In this document: in pieces, positions 1 through 9,959 of the stretch | Layout of the letters: every line of letters begins with the position of its first letter | Position numbering within the stretch: the first letter of the stretch is position 1 | IMG/VR virus record: IMGVR_UViG_3300032322_002561 | Span: 62,001 to 126,000 of that record | Length of the DNA stretch: 64,000 nucleotides | Direction: 5' to 3' (one strand) | Notes under the pieces: model-generated | What the model was told of the DNA's origin: nothing | Seen by the model: the letters and a program-made list of their open reading frames with translations, nothing else | Database searches by the model: none | Program-made: the position numbers and the translations under genes

Positions 1-29
1 CCAATGCTGAATCTAATTATCAGCACCTG

Positions 30-662
30 GTGGAAGTGGCCAGCCTGACTTGGCGCAATCGTATACACCGCAGTACAGGAGTCACAGGCCGTGTGGCCGC
101 ATATCATGCCGCAGCTGAACTAAGTAGCACACCTTGGTTTTTTGCTGTGTTTGCCAAGTTGCGTGTTGATAAAGATTTTGATTGGTTATGGCAACCAGAC
201 CGTATGCAGGAACCCAAGCACTATATCTTCCATGCGTTTAATCCTGTGAATGGCTTGGAGTATGGGCACCAGGCCATGATTGCCTACAACAAACGATTGG
301 TCCTGGCCAACCCAGGCACAGGACTTGACTTTACCTTGGATTCAGCACACGAAGTAGTGCCTATACTATCAGGTACGGCCCACTATACAGATTCGGCTTG
401 GATGGCCTGGCGCACTGCGTTCCGCGAAGTAATCAAACTGCGTCACAGTTTGCCCAATGTAGAAAACGAATACAGATTAAACAAGTGGCTACAAGAAAAC
501 AACGACAATGATCGTGCGATGTACAGTCATTTGGGTGCGCAGGATGCTGTGGAGTATTACGAATCTGTTAAAGGGGATGAAACAGAACTACGCAAGAGCT
601 ATGACTGGGCCTGGTTGGCCAGTTATGCTTTGATCAAACGCAATCTAACAGCGAGTCAATAA
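30..662 (+). CDS. Hypothetical protein, C-terminal part (possible glycosyltransferase-like); probably begins upstream of the window
   Basis: 210 aa ORF at the window edge next to sugar-nucleotide genes; no clear catalytic motif. Confidence 0.5.
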   Translation: MEVASLTWRNRIHRSTGVTGRVAAYHAAAELSSTPWFFAVFAKLRVDKDFDWLWQPDRMQEPKHYIFHAFNPVNGLEYGHQAMIAYNKRLVLANPGTGLDFTLDSAHEVVPILSGTAHYTDSAWMAWRTAFREVIKLRHSLPNVENEYRLNKWLQENNDNDRAMYSHLGAQDAVEYYESVKGDETELRKSYDWAWLASYALIKRNLTASQ

Positions 663-1710
663 CATACTCAACTTCTAGATCTGTCAGTTCAGGATAGATA
701 GGCAAACACAGGGTTCTGCGACTCAAGGCCGACGCAACACTGAGTACATCGGGTCCTGGAAATTCATCGTAAGCTGGTAGCTCATGCAAGGGTTCCCAAG
801 ACAAAATCTTGGTTTCAATTCTGCGTATTTCAAGATTGCGTTGTAGGATATCACGCTTGTCTACATCAATCACAAACTTGTTGACAGCATGAGTTCTATG
901 ATTGGTCTCGTCTATGAGACTGCGTGCTCGAGTACCACGCAAGCGTTCCAGCCAATACCCTGCAATTTTACTACGTCTGCGTTGCCAGTCATCTAAGTAC
1001 CGGGTTTTGACCATGAGTTGGGCACAGTCAACTTCACTCATTCTTGAATTGGTGCCAATCATTTGATGATTTGGTTTACCATTGTTGCGCCAACTTCGTG
1101 CAAAATCCAACATATTAATATCATCAGTAACTATGGCACCACCGTTGCCGTAACTGTTGAAATTTTTCATAGGGTCAAAACTTATGGCTGTTACATTGCC
1201 CACACGTCTACATGCATCACTGAGCCAGTGCTGAGCACCATCTTCAATTATGATAGCATTGTTGTTCAAGTATTCGTGTTTGTTGATGCTTTGCCCATAC
1301 AAGCCCACGGCCACTGTGGCCTGTACACTTTGTTCACGATCAATTTTCTTATGATCCATTTGACCGTAGGCATCGGTATCTACTATGGTCACAGTCCAGC
1401 CAGCACGTTGAAAGGCATTTATAGTGGCCACATAAGTCATGGCCGGTATCAACACACGCGGTGGCCTAGGCATGTAACCTTGAGTGGCATAATATTCGGC
1501 AATGATTTCCAAGGCTTGTGTGCCCGAATGACAGGTTACAGCATATTTGGTACCGTTCTTTTTGGCTAGCCAATTTTCTAATTCGGCTGTGTAGTTGCCG
1601 TCCATGAGTCGACCACTGCGTAAAACTTCATCAGTGGCATCTAGTATTTCTGTTCTGAGATTGTTATACTGTTTTTTGATTCCAGTAAACGGAATTTGCA
1701 AGCCATTCAT
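634..1710 (-). CDS. DegT/DnrJ/EryC1/StrS PLP-dependent sugar aminotransferase
   Basis: Motifs SGTQALE, IEDGAQH, SFDPMKN..YGNGGAI, LPIYPEL; probable start MNGLQIPF. Confidence 0.9.
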   Translation of the reverse strand: MNGLQIPFTGIKKQYNNLRTEILDATDEVLRSGRLMDGNYTAELENWLAKKNGTKYAVTCHSGTQALEIIAEYYATQGYMPRPPRVLIPAMTYVATINAFQRAGWTVTIVDTDAYGQMDHKKIDREQSVQATVAVGLYGQSINKHEYLNNNAIIIEDGAQHWLSDACRRVGNVTAISFDPMKNFNSYGNGGAIVTDDINMLDFARSWRNNGKPNHQMIGTNSRMSEVDCAQLMVKTRYLDDWQRRRSKIAGYWLERLRGTRARSLIDETNHRTHAVNKFVIDVDKRDILQRNLEIRRIETKILSWEPLHELPAYDEFPGPDVLSVASALSRRTLCLPIYPELTDLEVEYVIDSLLDCV

Positions 1711-2632
1711 GATATATTTGAAATCCTTGTTCGACATCTACCTGTGGATCATATCCAAAATCTCGCTGTGCTGCTTCTATATTTAACGCACCGCGGCTGG
1801 GGAAATCCGCATCTTTGTCGTGAATTTCAATGCGCCCGCGACCTATCAACTCAACTATTTTTTGTGCGGCTTGTAAAAGTGTAACACTGTGACTCTTGGT
1901 GATGTTGTATGTTTTGTTTACTGCGTTTAAACTCAGTGCGGCACCCATTATGCCACGAGCGGCATCATCTACATAGGTAAAGTCCAAGGTTTCAGAAGCA
2001 CCACGCACAGTCAAAGTTTCGTCGCGCATGGCTCGCAACATGAATCTACTGATAACACGATCTTCCACATCCAAAGGACCATACACAGCACTGGGACGAA
2101 TTATGGTATGTGCAAGATTTTTTGTTCTTGTATAGTCGCGAGTGAGCCACTCACCTGCCAGTTTCATGATACCATACTGTCCTTGTGGCATGCACACAGC
2201 ATGTTCAGAAACTGCATCTTGAAAATTGCCATACACCATGCTACTAGACACATAAACAAATCTTGAAACATCATGACGTGCGCTGGACTCCAATAAATTT
2301 ATGAGACCCTCCATCATGACTCGGCTGCCCCAGGCCGGATCTGCATTTACAACTTTCTGTCGGGGAAAACTGGCCAAGTGTATGACACAATCTGGTTTGT
2401 GCGTGGACAATAACCAATCAATGCCGGACCGGTCACAGATGTCAATGCGATAAATTCTGTCAGTAGCAATGTGACGGCGTCGTTCGATTAGCAAGTAGTC
2501 AAGTTCAGATTGCGGCACAATGCCGTATGTGGTTTGAATGTCTGTGATGACAATTTCGTGCCCTTGAGTTTCCAGCATGGCTACCAGCCTATGCCCGATC
2601 AAGCCCAGTCCACCAGTGACCAAGATTTTCAT
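1664..2632 (-). CDS. NAD-dependent epimerase/dehydratase (extended SDR)
   Basis: ILVTGGLGLIG, SSSMVYG, YGIMK (YxxxK), DFTYVDD. Confidence 0.9.
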   Translation of the reverse strand: MKILVTGGLGLIGHRLVAMLETQGHEIVITDIQTTYGIVPQSELDYLLIERRRHIATDRIYRIDICDRSGIDWLLSTHKPDCVIHLASFPRQKVVNADPAWGSRVMMEGLINLLESSARHDVSRFVYVSSSMVYGNFQDAVSEHAVCMPQGQYGIMKLAGEWLTRDYTRTKNLAHTIIRPSAVYGPLDVEDRVISRFMLRAMRDETLTVRGASETLDFTYVDDAARGIMGAALSLNAVNKTYNITKSHSVTLLQAAQKIVELIGRGRIEIHDKDADFPSRGALNIEAAQRDFGYDPQVDVEQGFQIYHEWLANSVYWNQKTV

Positions 2633-2880
2633 TTTGTTTTTTGCCCCCATTTTAGTTCATGAAACACAGCATCAGCTGAGGATAGTTGTCCTTTGATGTT
2701 GACTCTATAACCCATGTAAGTAGGATCTGCATGGCACCAAAACACTGCTTCTCCCTGCACATGACTCATGCACCACTGTCCGTGTTCGGTTTGTTGCCAC
2801 TCACCAATGGGCATGGCTGCATATAGATATGGGTCTTCAACATCGCCCATTCTAAAACTGTGAAAAACTATTTCTGGCAT
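2629..2880 (-). CDS. Small hypothetical protein (F-x-L-[RK]-W C-terminal family)
   Basis: Ends DAVFHELKWG; TGnTATAAT lies 5 nt upstream of the ATG. Confidence 0.6.
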   Translation of the reverse strand: MPEIVFHSFRMGDVEDPYLYAAMPIGEWQQTEHGQWCMSHVQGEAVFWCHADPTYMGYRVNIKGQLSSADAVFHELKWGQKTK

Positions 2881-2900
2881 AGTTTATTATAACAGAACTG

Positions 2901-3566
2901 CTATTCTGTTGCAACAAACTCTTGGATCATTGGAAAGATTGGAGCGATGGCATCGGCGCAGGCCTGTGCCATCTGTCTATGTTCTAGTTGTGTGCCGTTG
3001 CCAGACCTTAGTTCGATGTAGTGAACCCAACTTCGCAGGGTGCCTTGCATGTACAGTCGGCTGGCAGTCATGCCTTCGGGCAACACAGCACGAGCTTGTT
3101 CTTTGGCTATGCCACGAGCCAAGGCCCATTGATAAGCACTGCGGGCATAGTCTTGAACTTGTTGTTGTTGCTTTAACCAATGTTTCTTTAGACTTTCATC
3201 TTCGGTAGCCACACTGTTTTGACGATTGGTGGTGTCTTGCAATCTGGCTTCGCGGTTTTCAAACTCCACATCAGCCACAGCATAACGCTGACTGAATTCT
3301 TGAAAACTAAAACTACGATGTCGCAGAATTTGGCGTGCTATATCTCTAGTGGTTTCAATTTCCAAACACACACTGACCATTTCCAAGGGACTCCAGTGAC
3401 CATGCCGGATCAAATAGCGTATGAGTTTTTCGCTGGTTTCAGTGTTGTGTTGATTTGAAGGATTGCTGACCCGGGCACAGTAAGCCACAAGCTCTTGAGC
3501 ATTGTTGATGCCTTGAGCTTGTAGTTCTGCGCTGGGTTGACTGTAACTAATTAATGCGACTTTCAT
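2901..3566 (-). CDS. thyX: Flavin-dependent thymidylate synthase
   Basis: HWSPLEM and the ThyX motif QILRHRSFSFQEFSQRY; EQARAVLP. Confidence 0.95.
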   Translation of the reverse strand: MKVALISYSQPSAELQAQGINNAQELVAYCARVSNPSNQHNTETSEKLIRYLIRHGHWSPLEMVSVCLEIETTRDIARQILRHRSFSFQEFSQRYAVADVEFENREARLQDTTNRQNSVATEDESLKKHWLKQQQQVQDYARSAYQWALARGIAKEQARAVLPEGMTASRLYMQGTLRSWVHYIELRSGNGTQLEHRQMAQACADAIAPIFPMIQEFVATE

Positions 3567-3575
3567 ACATTCTCT

Positions 3576-4226
3576 CTATGTCTTAATCAATGTTGTATCA
3601 TTTGGCCATCTATTACTAAATTTTTTTCCTTTTAGTTTAAACAATGGTTTTAGTGTCTGCAAATTTTTTAATTGATACCCATTTTGACAAAACAAACCAA
3701 TGGTGTTTAAAATATCTTTGCGAGTACTCAAAAAGTTTGTTTCAAAATTTATTTGATCCGGGTAATATTCACTTGGTTTATCTTTGAGATATTCTAGAAA
3801 AAAATTCAAAATCTGACAGTCAGAACCTTCAGTGTCAATTTTTAAATGTTTGATACGACGTATATTTAGATCTGTCAATAGTTTAGCTATTGGTATTTGT
3901 GTGATAGTTTGTTTTTCAACCAAGTGTTTGAGATTTTGATGCCTATGAATTTGATGATATCGACCTATTACAGAACAACCTTTGAGATATTCTTCTAAAC
4001 CTCGATTTTTTATACTACGATTGCTTATATAAAAAATTTCTACAGTTTGTTCAATGTTATTTGCAGCTATGGCTGCATTGATTTTAATAACATTAGTGGG
4101 GGAAGGTAAATTGTCTAAAAACTCTTTGACTGGTTCAACAACAACGCCAACAGTGTTGTCATTGGCTTGTTCCACTAAGGTATCAAAATCACATGACCCA
4201 ATTTCTAAAAAATCTAAGTCAAGCAT
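3576..4226 (-). CDS. FkbM-family methyltransferase
   Basis: FLEIG, VEP, LKIDTEGSD motifs; AT-rich gene. Confidence 0.75.
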   Translation of the reverse strand: MLDLDFLEIGSCDFDTLVEQANDNTVGVVVEPVKEFLDNLPSPTNVIKINAAIAANNIEQTVEIFYISNRSIKNRGLEEYLKGCSVIGRYHQIHRHQNLKHLVEKQTITQIPIAKLLTDLNIRRIKHLKIDTEGSDCQILNFFLEYLKDKPSEYYPDQINFETNFLSTRKDILNTIGLFCQNGYQLKNLQTLKPLFKLKGKKFSNRWPNDTTLIKT

Positions 4227-4235
4227 AACATTGTA

Positions 4236-4538
4236 TTATAGTTTGCCTAATAGTTTGTCGGTTTCTGGTTGTACAATTTTTGCTACGCTGTTTACGTCAA
4301 CCACAAAGTCAACATCACGAATTTGGTGATCATTTTCTTGAAAATATCGAGTCAGTATCTGCTCAACATCCTCTAGATCTAGACCCTGTTTCAACATGGC
4401 ATGCACGTTCAAGGTTTTTTGGCGGCCTTGTGCCAGTTTTATGACTACCTTCTTGATGCACTCAAGTGGAACATCAGTTTTGTTTACGCCTGCAATTATG
4501 TTTTCCCATTGAGTCAAAAAATCATCATTGGACTGCAT
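4236..4538 (-). CDS. Hypothetical protein
   Basis: 100 aa ORF coupled to the upstream gene. Confidence 0.65.
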   Translation of the reverse strand: MQSNDDFLTQWENIIAGVNKTDVPLECIKKVVIKLAQGRQKTLNVHAMLKQGLDLEDVEQILTRYFQENDHQIRDVDFVVDVNSVAKIVQPETDKLLGKL

Positions 4539-5238
4539 CTACCGGCGCTTTCTTGCGAGCACGTGTCTTTGCGGTTTCTGTTTTGGTTGCCTTGGCATCA
4601 GATTTAACCACGCTGGGAAAGATTTTTTCAGCTTCTTTTTTCATTCTTGCAGCTTCAGCAATCATACCTTTGGCTTCAACTTCCATGCGTTGAGCTTGAG
4701 TCAACATGTTGGCGGCTAGAGTGCGATCATCCAAGGCTGCATCCTGTGGTGCCTGCATGACTTGTCCGCGTGCTTCGGCTGCCAAACGTTGACGTTTGAA
4801 TTCCTGTTCGGCCTGACGCTTTGTGGCTGGATCAACAAGACCCTGACTGGCATTAAGATCGGCCAGTTTCTTGGCCGCATCTGCCCCGCTTTCCATTTCT
4901 TTAACGATGCGATTGAGTTCGTCTAGTTTGACTGAGCTTGTGGCAGTGGGTGTAACAATGACTTGATTTGTTGGTACTTTTTTCAACATGCCTTCACGAT
5001 GCAAGGCTTCTAGTATCACACGACCATCTGGTAACAGATTACGGTGCAAGGCATTGGCCAAGGTGTTTTCTTGTTGTCCGCTGGGACTTTCAATCACTTT
5101 CATGATTGTGTCATGAATGTGTGTGGGCAACACTTCAGGATATATTACCAGACACATGTGATCCTCGCCGGGAATCTCTCTAAAAATAATTGCTACCTTG
5201 CGGTCACCATGTCTACCTATGTGTTTAAGCATTTTCAT
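4525..5238 (-). CDS. Hypothetical protein with coiled-coil, Lys/Ala-rich C-terminus
   Basis: Long ORF with GGAG RBS before MKMLKH. Confidence 0.7.
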   Translation of the reverse strand: MKMLKHIGRHGDRKVAIIFREIPGEDHMCLVIYPEVLPTHIHDTIMKVIESPSGQQENTLANALHRNLLPDGRVILEALHREGMLKKVPTNQVIVTPTATSSVKLDELNRIVKEMESGADAAKKLADLNASQGLVDPATKRQAEQEFKRQRLAAEARGQVMQAPQDAALDDRTLAANMLTQAQRMEVEAKGMIAEAARMKKEAEKIFPSVVKSDAKATKTETAKTRARKKAPVDAVQ

Positions 5239-5425
5239 CTCCTTGTGCTTGTTGATTTTGCGCAATCATTTGAGCTTGTGATTGCGCAACAAAAAATTCT
5301 AACTTGTCATAAAGCATACCTACAGTGGTGAGTTCTGAGGCTTTGAAAGCGCCACGAGAATTTGCTGCTTCGATAACTGCTTTGAGACTGGCCATGTCGG
5401 CTACGGTAAGTTGTTTGTTTTCCAT
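5225..5425 (-). CDS. Hypothetical protein
   Basis: 66 aa; TAAATA-N5-ATG start. Confidence 0.65.
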   Translation of the reverse strand: MENKQLTVADMASLKAVIEAANSRGAFKASELTTVGMLYDKLEFFVAQSQAQMIAQNQQAQGDENA

Positions 5426-5461
5426 GCAGATATTTACGACAAAATTAGAGAGTCAACAAAT

Positions 5462-5487
5462 AAAAACACCCCAAATTGGGGTGTTTT
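5462..5487. terminator. Intrinsic terminator, probably bidirectional
   Basis: AAAACACCCCAA-AT-TGGGGTGTTTT inverted repeat. Confidence 0.7.
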
Positions 5488-5503
5488 GGTAAAACTGACC
5501 TGT

Positions 5504-5674
5504 TTATTTGCCGTTGAAATACCAGTTGGCTCCGGCGATAGCGAAACAAATGATAGCATTGAGCCACTGTCCAGATCCAAAATAAATCAAGCCACTCATG
5601 ATCATGGCACCAATGATAAACCATGTGATTTGTACTGCGTTGGCAAGATACCACAGTCTAAAACGTTCAAGCAT
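5504..5674 (-). CDS. Small membrane protein
   Basis: Two hydrophobic segments; AAGGA RBS. Confidence 0.6.
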   Translation of the reverse strand: MLERFRLWYLANAVQITWFIIGAMIMSGLIYFGSGQWLNAIICFAIAGANWYFNGK

Positions 5675-6959
5675 GTGCTGTTTCCTTTTCATAGTAAGCA
5701 TACTGACCCCAGGGTGGAATCACAGTAGTATTACCGTGTATGATCCACACTGTGTCAGCATAGTTTTCGTCACCCCACGAACCAAATGGGTAACCGTCGG
5801 TGAATACCACCAAGCGTTTGGGTTCGATTTGTTCTTCTTTCAAATAGCTGAATATGCAATCAAAGTCAGTGCCTCCTCCGCCCTTGACTTCGTAGTCACA
5901 GATGGTATCCAAATTATCTGAGTTGTAGGTAGCTGGATTGTAGGTTTGTGTATCAAAGGTAAAGATATGTATCTTGTAGCTCTGGAACTGGTCCATGATG
6001 CCCTGGGTTTCGCTCAAGAAATCCTTGAGCATGCGCTCGTCGATACTACCACTTGCGTCAATACCTATGGCTATGTCAATCAACTCATCATTCTTCATAC
6101 CGGGCATGACAGCATCCATGTGCCAACCACGTCGGCTGGCACGCATCCAGGTAAAGTCCGACTTGATGGTACTTTCCAACTGCATACGCAACAACTCACG
6201 CCAGTTCATCTTGGGTGCGGTCATGTCCTGGATAAGACGCTTGACACCTGCAGGCAAGTTACCTGCACCATCACTGGCAGCCGCTGCCGCTAGGACTGCT
6301 TCTTTGATCTCATCGCGGATCTTTTGGCGTTCTTCGGCTGAAATCTTGGGACGACCTTTGCCCTTGCCATCTTTGTCGTCACCATCGCCTTCGCTTTCGC
6401 CGTCACCCTCGCCATCCAAGTGATCGTCCAAGAGCTTGTCGATGAGATCACTCAAGCTGATTTTTTCTGCATTCTTGTACAGATCGTCGTAGATTTCTTC
6501 CGAACTCATGCCTTCATACTTTGAATCATACAGGCAGGGCACTGACGTGATAAACTCGCCTACTCGATGTTTCTTCAAGTCTGCATTGACCGCAAAGTCG
6601 TTGGCTACATTGAACAGTTGATGATCTCTGTCACCTCGGCGTCCAAAGTGATCATACACGCAGTGAAGCACCTCATGTCCAAACAAGAACTCGATCTCTT
6701 TGGGACGGAGCATGTCAATGAATCTGCTGTTGTAGTAGAAGTTACGACCATCCGTGGCTGCGGTTCCGCACCATTCGTCAGCGTTGACTAACTTGAGTCG
6801 AGTGGCCAGGTTGCCAAAAAATGAAGCACGTAGCAACAATCCTACACGGGCTGTGATCAGCTTTTCACGAACTTCACGATCCAATTTGGGATCCATGGGA
6901 CCAACAAGATCTTTGAACTTGTCTGCTTCTTTTTTGTTTTGTGAAGTTGCTGTGCTCAT
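5667..6959 (-). CDS. DUF2201-type metallopeptidase fused to a vWA domain
   Basis: TAATDG, HEVLH (HExxH), acidic linker, DASGS MIDAS, GGGGTDF, VFTDG. Confidence 0.85.
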   Translation of the reverse strand: MSTATSQNKKEADKFKDLVGPMDPKLDREVREKLITARVGLLLRASFFGNLATRLKLVNADEWCGTAATDGRNFYYNSRFIDMLRPKEIEFLFGHEVLHCVYDHFGRRGDRDHQLFNVANDFAVNADLKKHRVGEFITSVPCLYDSKYEGMSSEEIYDDLYKNAEKISLSDLIDKLLDDHLDGEGDGESEGDGDDKDGKGKGRPKISAEERQKIRDEIKEAVLAAAAASDGAGNLPAGVKRLIQDMTAPKMNWRELLRMQLESTIKSDFTWMRASRRGWHMDAVMPGMKNDELIDIAIGIDASGSIDERMLKDFLSETQGIMDQFQSYKIHIFTFDTQTYNPATYNSDNLDTICDYEVKGGGGTDFDCIFSYLKEEQIEPKRLVVFTDGYPFGSWGDENYADTVWIIHGNTTVIPPWGQYAYYEKETAHA

Positions 6960-6988
6960 ACTACTCCTATTGTTTAACTGTATATGTT

Positions 6989-7017
6989 ATTATAGCAAAA
7001 ATTGATTTATTGGTCAA
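6989..7017 (-). promoter_or_regulatory. Sigma70-type promoter
   Basis: TTGACC-N17-TATAAT upstream of the vWA gene. Confidence 0.75.
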
Positions 7018-7072
7018 ATCCTTTAATTTACTGTACAAGAGCTAGGCATTCCATAAATATTTACTATCCCTT

Positions 7073-9073
7073 ATGCAAGATATTGTCCTTTTCTCTGTGC
7101 CGTACATAGAGCCAACCGCGCCGTCGGCTGGTCCTGCTCTCTTGAAGGGATATTTGGTGACTCAAGGATTTGCTGTCACAGCCTACGACTGGAACGTGGA
7201 GTTCAAAAAACACATCAACGATCCAACTCTGTACGGAGAATTTATAGCTTATTGGACCGGTGGCAACAAAACGGCCATGAGCAAACACAGTCTCAAACGC
7301 TATCATGATTTTTTGGAAGACTACGCTAAAAAATTTGCTGAAATCAAAACTAGATGGTTGGGGTTTGGTGTGTTTTCAGACCACAGTAGGCAGTGTTTAT
7401 TTGATCTGTTGACTCATCTCAAGCAACAAGACTTAGGAACAACAAGAATTGTGGTTGGTGGACATGGTTTAGATGTGGTATATTTGGACAGTATTTCACA
7501 CCTGATTGATGCATACATTCTAGGAGAAGGTGAGATAGCTCTCAGAGAATTATTGCGCGAAAATTTTTCGTACCCTGGCATCAATAGTGCTTCGGTTCAA
7601 ATTGATGATTTAGATCAACTTGGTTATGCTGACTACAGTGATTATGATTTAACCAATGGATATGATCTTTGGTATGATTCGCCCATGATCCAAATCACTG
7701 GCAGTAGAGGTTGTGTTCGTAGTTGCAGTTTCTGTGAGGTTCCAAGTATTTGGAAAAAATATAGATACAGGTCTGGAACCAGTTTGGCAAACGAGATCAT
7801 AACCAATCACGAAAAAACCGGCATCAGACATTTTTATTTCACCGACAGTTTGATAAACGGCAATGTCAAACAACTGATGGAAATGATGTCTATACTGACA
7901 AAGTACAAGCAGGACACTGGATCTGATCTTACCTGGGGAGGTCAGTGGATTTCTAGACCACAAAAAGGTCTACCCAAAGACTATTACAAGTTGATCAAAA
8001 GCAGTGGCGGTTTCAATTTGTCTATAGGTGTTGAAACCGGCAGTGATGCAGTGCGAGAGCACATGAAGAAAGGTTTTACCAATCAAGACCTTGATCTAGA
8101 AATGGAACAGTTCAGCCGTCACGGTATAAGATGTGGTTTTTTCATTTTACTAGGCTATCCCACCGAAACCGAAAAAGATTTCAAAGATACTCTGCGTATG
8201 TTCAAACGTTACACAAAATATGTGGCAGATGGAACTCTTATTGGTGTAGCAATTGGTAATGGATATTTTGCAGGTGCAAAAACACCCATAATCTTGGAAG
8301 GTCAGGAAGTCAAATATCTTGACAACAACAATTCAGTCAAATGGGTGTCCACTACAACCAACAGCAATTTCATGGAAAATATTCGACGCAGATTGATCGC
8401 ACAAAAAGTATTAAACAGTCTAAAATGGCCCTCGTCCAATATTGAATATGAACTGAGAGGTGTTATCAGCAACAGCAATCTGTATTTTGACAAACAAGAT
8501 AAACCTTTGGTAGAAGAACTGATTCGCAACAAAAATCTTGAACCTGACCAGGAATTTTTAGCCGAAATTGAGCCACATGCTTATGAAATCAGCGTGACTC
8601 TACTTGGGGTGGCAGGTGAAACTGATCCCGTGGTTGACATACAAATAAACAATGTAAAATATCAAAATCTTCTGGTGCAGGGACTACAAACTTTTACTTT
8701 TAAAGTTGACCAAGCACGCAAAAGAAATCTGGTCAAAATTGCCTTGGTCAACAAAACTAACTTGGACACAGTGCTACAACATGGTCAAATAGTCAAAGAC
8801 AAACATGTAAAAATTGAAAATTTAACCATTCACGGCAGCAGGTTTGCCCAACCTTTTTTACTCATGCAGGGCAAAGTAAAAACCAAGGCCGCGGGCTGGC
8901 AAGCGTATCGAGATGGTCTGTATGTCCAGGATGATTGTTACAGTTTATATTTTGAAAATCCTGTTCATCCTTATTTCATCAAGAAAAACAAATACTACTT
9001 TGAAACTAGGAATCAATTTGCTAAAGACATGTTACAAAAGGTCACAAATCTTTTTCATGATTTTGTAAATTAA
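7073..9073 (+). CDS. B12-binding radical SAM protein
   Basis: VVGG, GEGE, SRGCVRSCSFC (CxxxCxxC), GVETGS, GYPTET. Confidence 0.85.
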   Translation: MQDIVLFSVPYIEPTAPSAGPALLKGYLVTQGFAVTAYDWNVEFKKHINDPTLYGEFIAYWTGGNKTAMSKHSLKRYHDFLEDYAKKFAEIKTRWLGFGVFSDHSRQCLFDLLTHLKQQDLGTTRIVVGGHGLDVVYLDSISHLIDAYILGEGEIALRELLRENFSYPGINSASVQIDDLDQLGYADYSDYDLTNGYDLWYDSPMIQITGSRGCVRSCSFCEVPSIWKKYRYRSGTSLANEIITNHEKTGIRHFYFTDSLINGNVKQLMEMMSILTKYKQDTGSDLTWGGQWISRPQKGLPKDYYKLIKSSGGFNLSIGVETGSDAVREHMKKGFTNQDLDLEMEQFSRHGIRCGFFILLGYPTETEKDFKDTLRMFKRYTKYVADGTLIGVAIGNGYFAGAKTPIILEGQEVKYLDNNNSVKWVSTTTNSNFMENIRRRLIAQKVLNSLKWPSSNIEYELRGVISNSNLYFDKQDKPLVEELIRNKNLEPDQEFLAEIEPHAYEISVTLLGVAGETDPVVDIQINNVKYQNLLVQGLQTFTFKVDQARKRNLVKIALVNKTNLDTVLQHGQIVKDKHVKIENLTIHGSRFAQPFLLMQGKVKTKAAGWQAYRDGLYVQDDCYSLYFENPVHPYFIKKNKYYFETRNQFAKDMLQKVTNLFHDFVN

Positions 9074-9362
9074 GATATCTAAGCACAAACCAAGTCTGTG
9101 CGGCTTCGCTGTAGAAATCCAAGTGAACTTGATCTTCATAGTGATAGCGGTGATTCCAACCTTCGCTTTTCATGATTTCCCACTCGGGTTCTGGATGTGG
9201 TACTAGACCTTTGTGCCTGCGTATGGTAAATCCCAACTCACGCTTGCAAACAAAACTGATGGCAATCTTGGGACCAAAGTCTTCAACTAGCTGAGCCTGC
9301 AGATCACTCCACTCTTCGGGTCTGTGAAATATGATCAAGTTTTTCTTTATCGTTACCTTCAT
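9042..9362 (-). CDS. Small hypothetical protein (paralog array)
   Basis: C-terminal FYSEAAQTWFVLRY. Confidence 0.65.
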   Translation of the reverse strand: MKVTIKKNLIIFHRPEEWSDLQAQLVEDFGPKIAISFVCKRELGFTIRRHKGLVPHPEPEWEIMKSEGWNHRYHYEDQVHLDFYSEAAQTWFVLRYLNLQNHEKDL

Positions 9363-9676
9363 GCGCCAAACTTCAACAAGAACAAAGTGTGCTTTTGCTC
9401 ATCCAAGATTCTATACTTCAAATCCACACCCTCGGGTTGAATGGTCATTTCTATACCATAGTTTTCTCGAAGATACTCTTGGAACTCCTGTCTCACAGGA
9501 TTGTCGCTTTGATCCCATTCCTGTTTAACGGCACGCAGACGGAGATAATATGTGCTATCCTTACCTACTATGGTGTCAATCCTGGCCGCCGGAGTAGCAT
9601 AGTATTCATCTTGGGCCTGATCTGTCAAGCGTTTGGCAAATGCCTTTACACGAGTTGCGATGTCGTTTTTACTCAT
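9359..9676 (-). CDS. Small hypothetical protein (paralog array)
   Basis: C-terminal ILDEQKHTLFLLKFG. Confidence 0.65.
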   Translation of the reverse strand: MSKNDIATRVKAFAKRLTDQAQDEYYATPAARIDTIVGKDSTYYLRLRAVKQEWDQSDNPVRQEFQEYLRENYGIEMTIQPEGVDLKYRILDEQKHTLFLLKFGA

Positions 9677-9950
9677 CCTCCCACCATTTGATAGTTTTAG
9701 CTCGAAGCTTGACCATAGTAAACTCTTTGCGATCTACTTGTCCACGATATATACCCCAGGCCGGTTTGACCAAGTAAACACCATTGGCATTTTCCAACCA
9801 TACTCGGCGACTGTGGGACATGAAATCATCGTGGGTCTTAAAACACATCCTGCCACCTTCAGCCGGTGAGCAGTTGGGCATGCACCACAAGTGCCATCCT
9901 TCGCGGAAGGCCTTGTCTGTGCGCTCGTCTAATTCATAGTAATAATTCAT
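9669..9950 (-). CDS. Small hypothetical protein (possible paralog array member)
   Basis: C-terminal VDRKEFTMVKLRA. Confidence 0.6.
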   Translation of the reverse strand: MNYYYELDERTDKAFREGWHLWCMPNCSPAEGGRMCFKTHDDFMSHSRRVWLENANGVYLVKPAWGIYRGQVDRKEFTMVKLRAKTIKWWEDE

Positions 9951-9959
9951 TTAAACTAA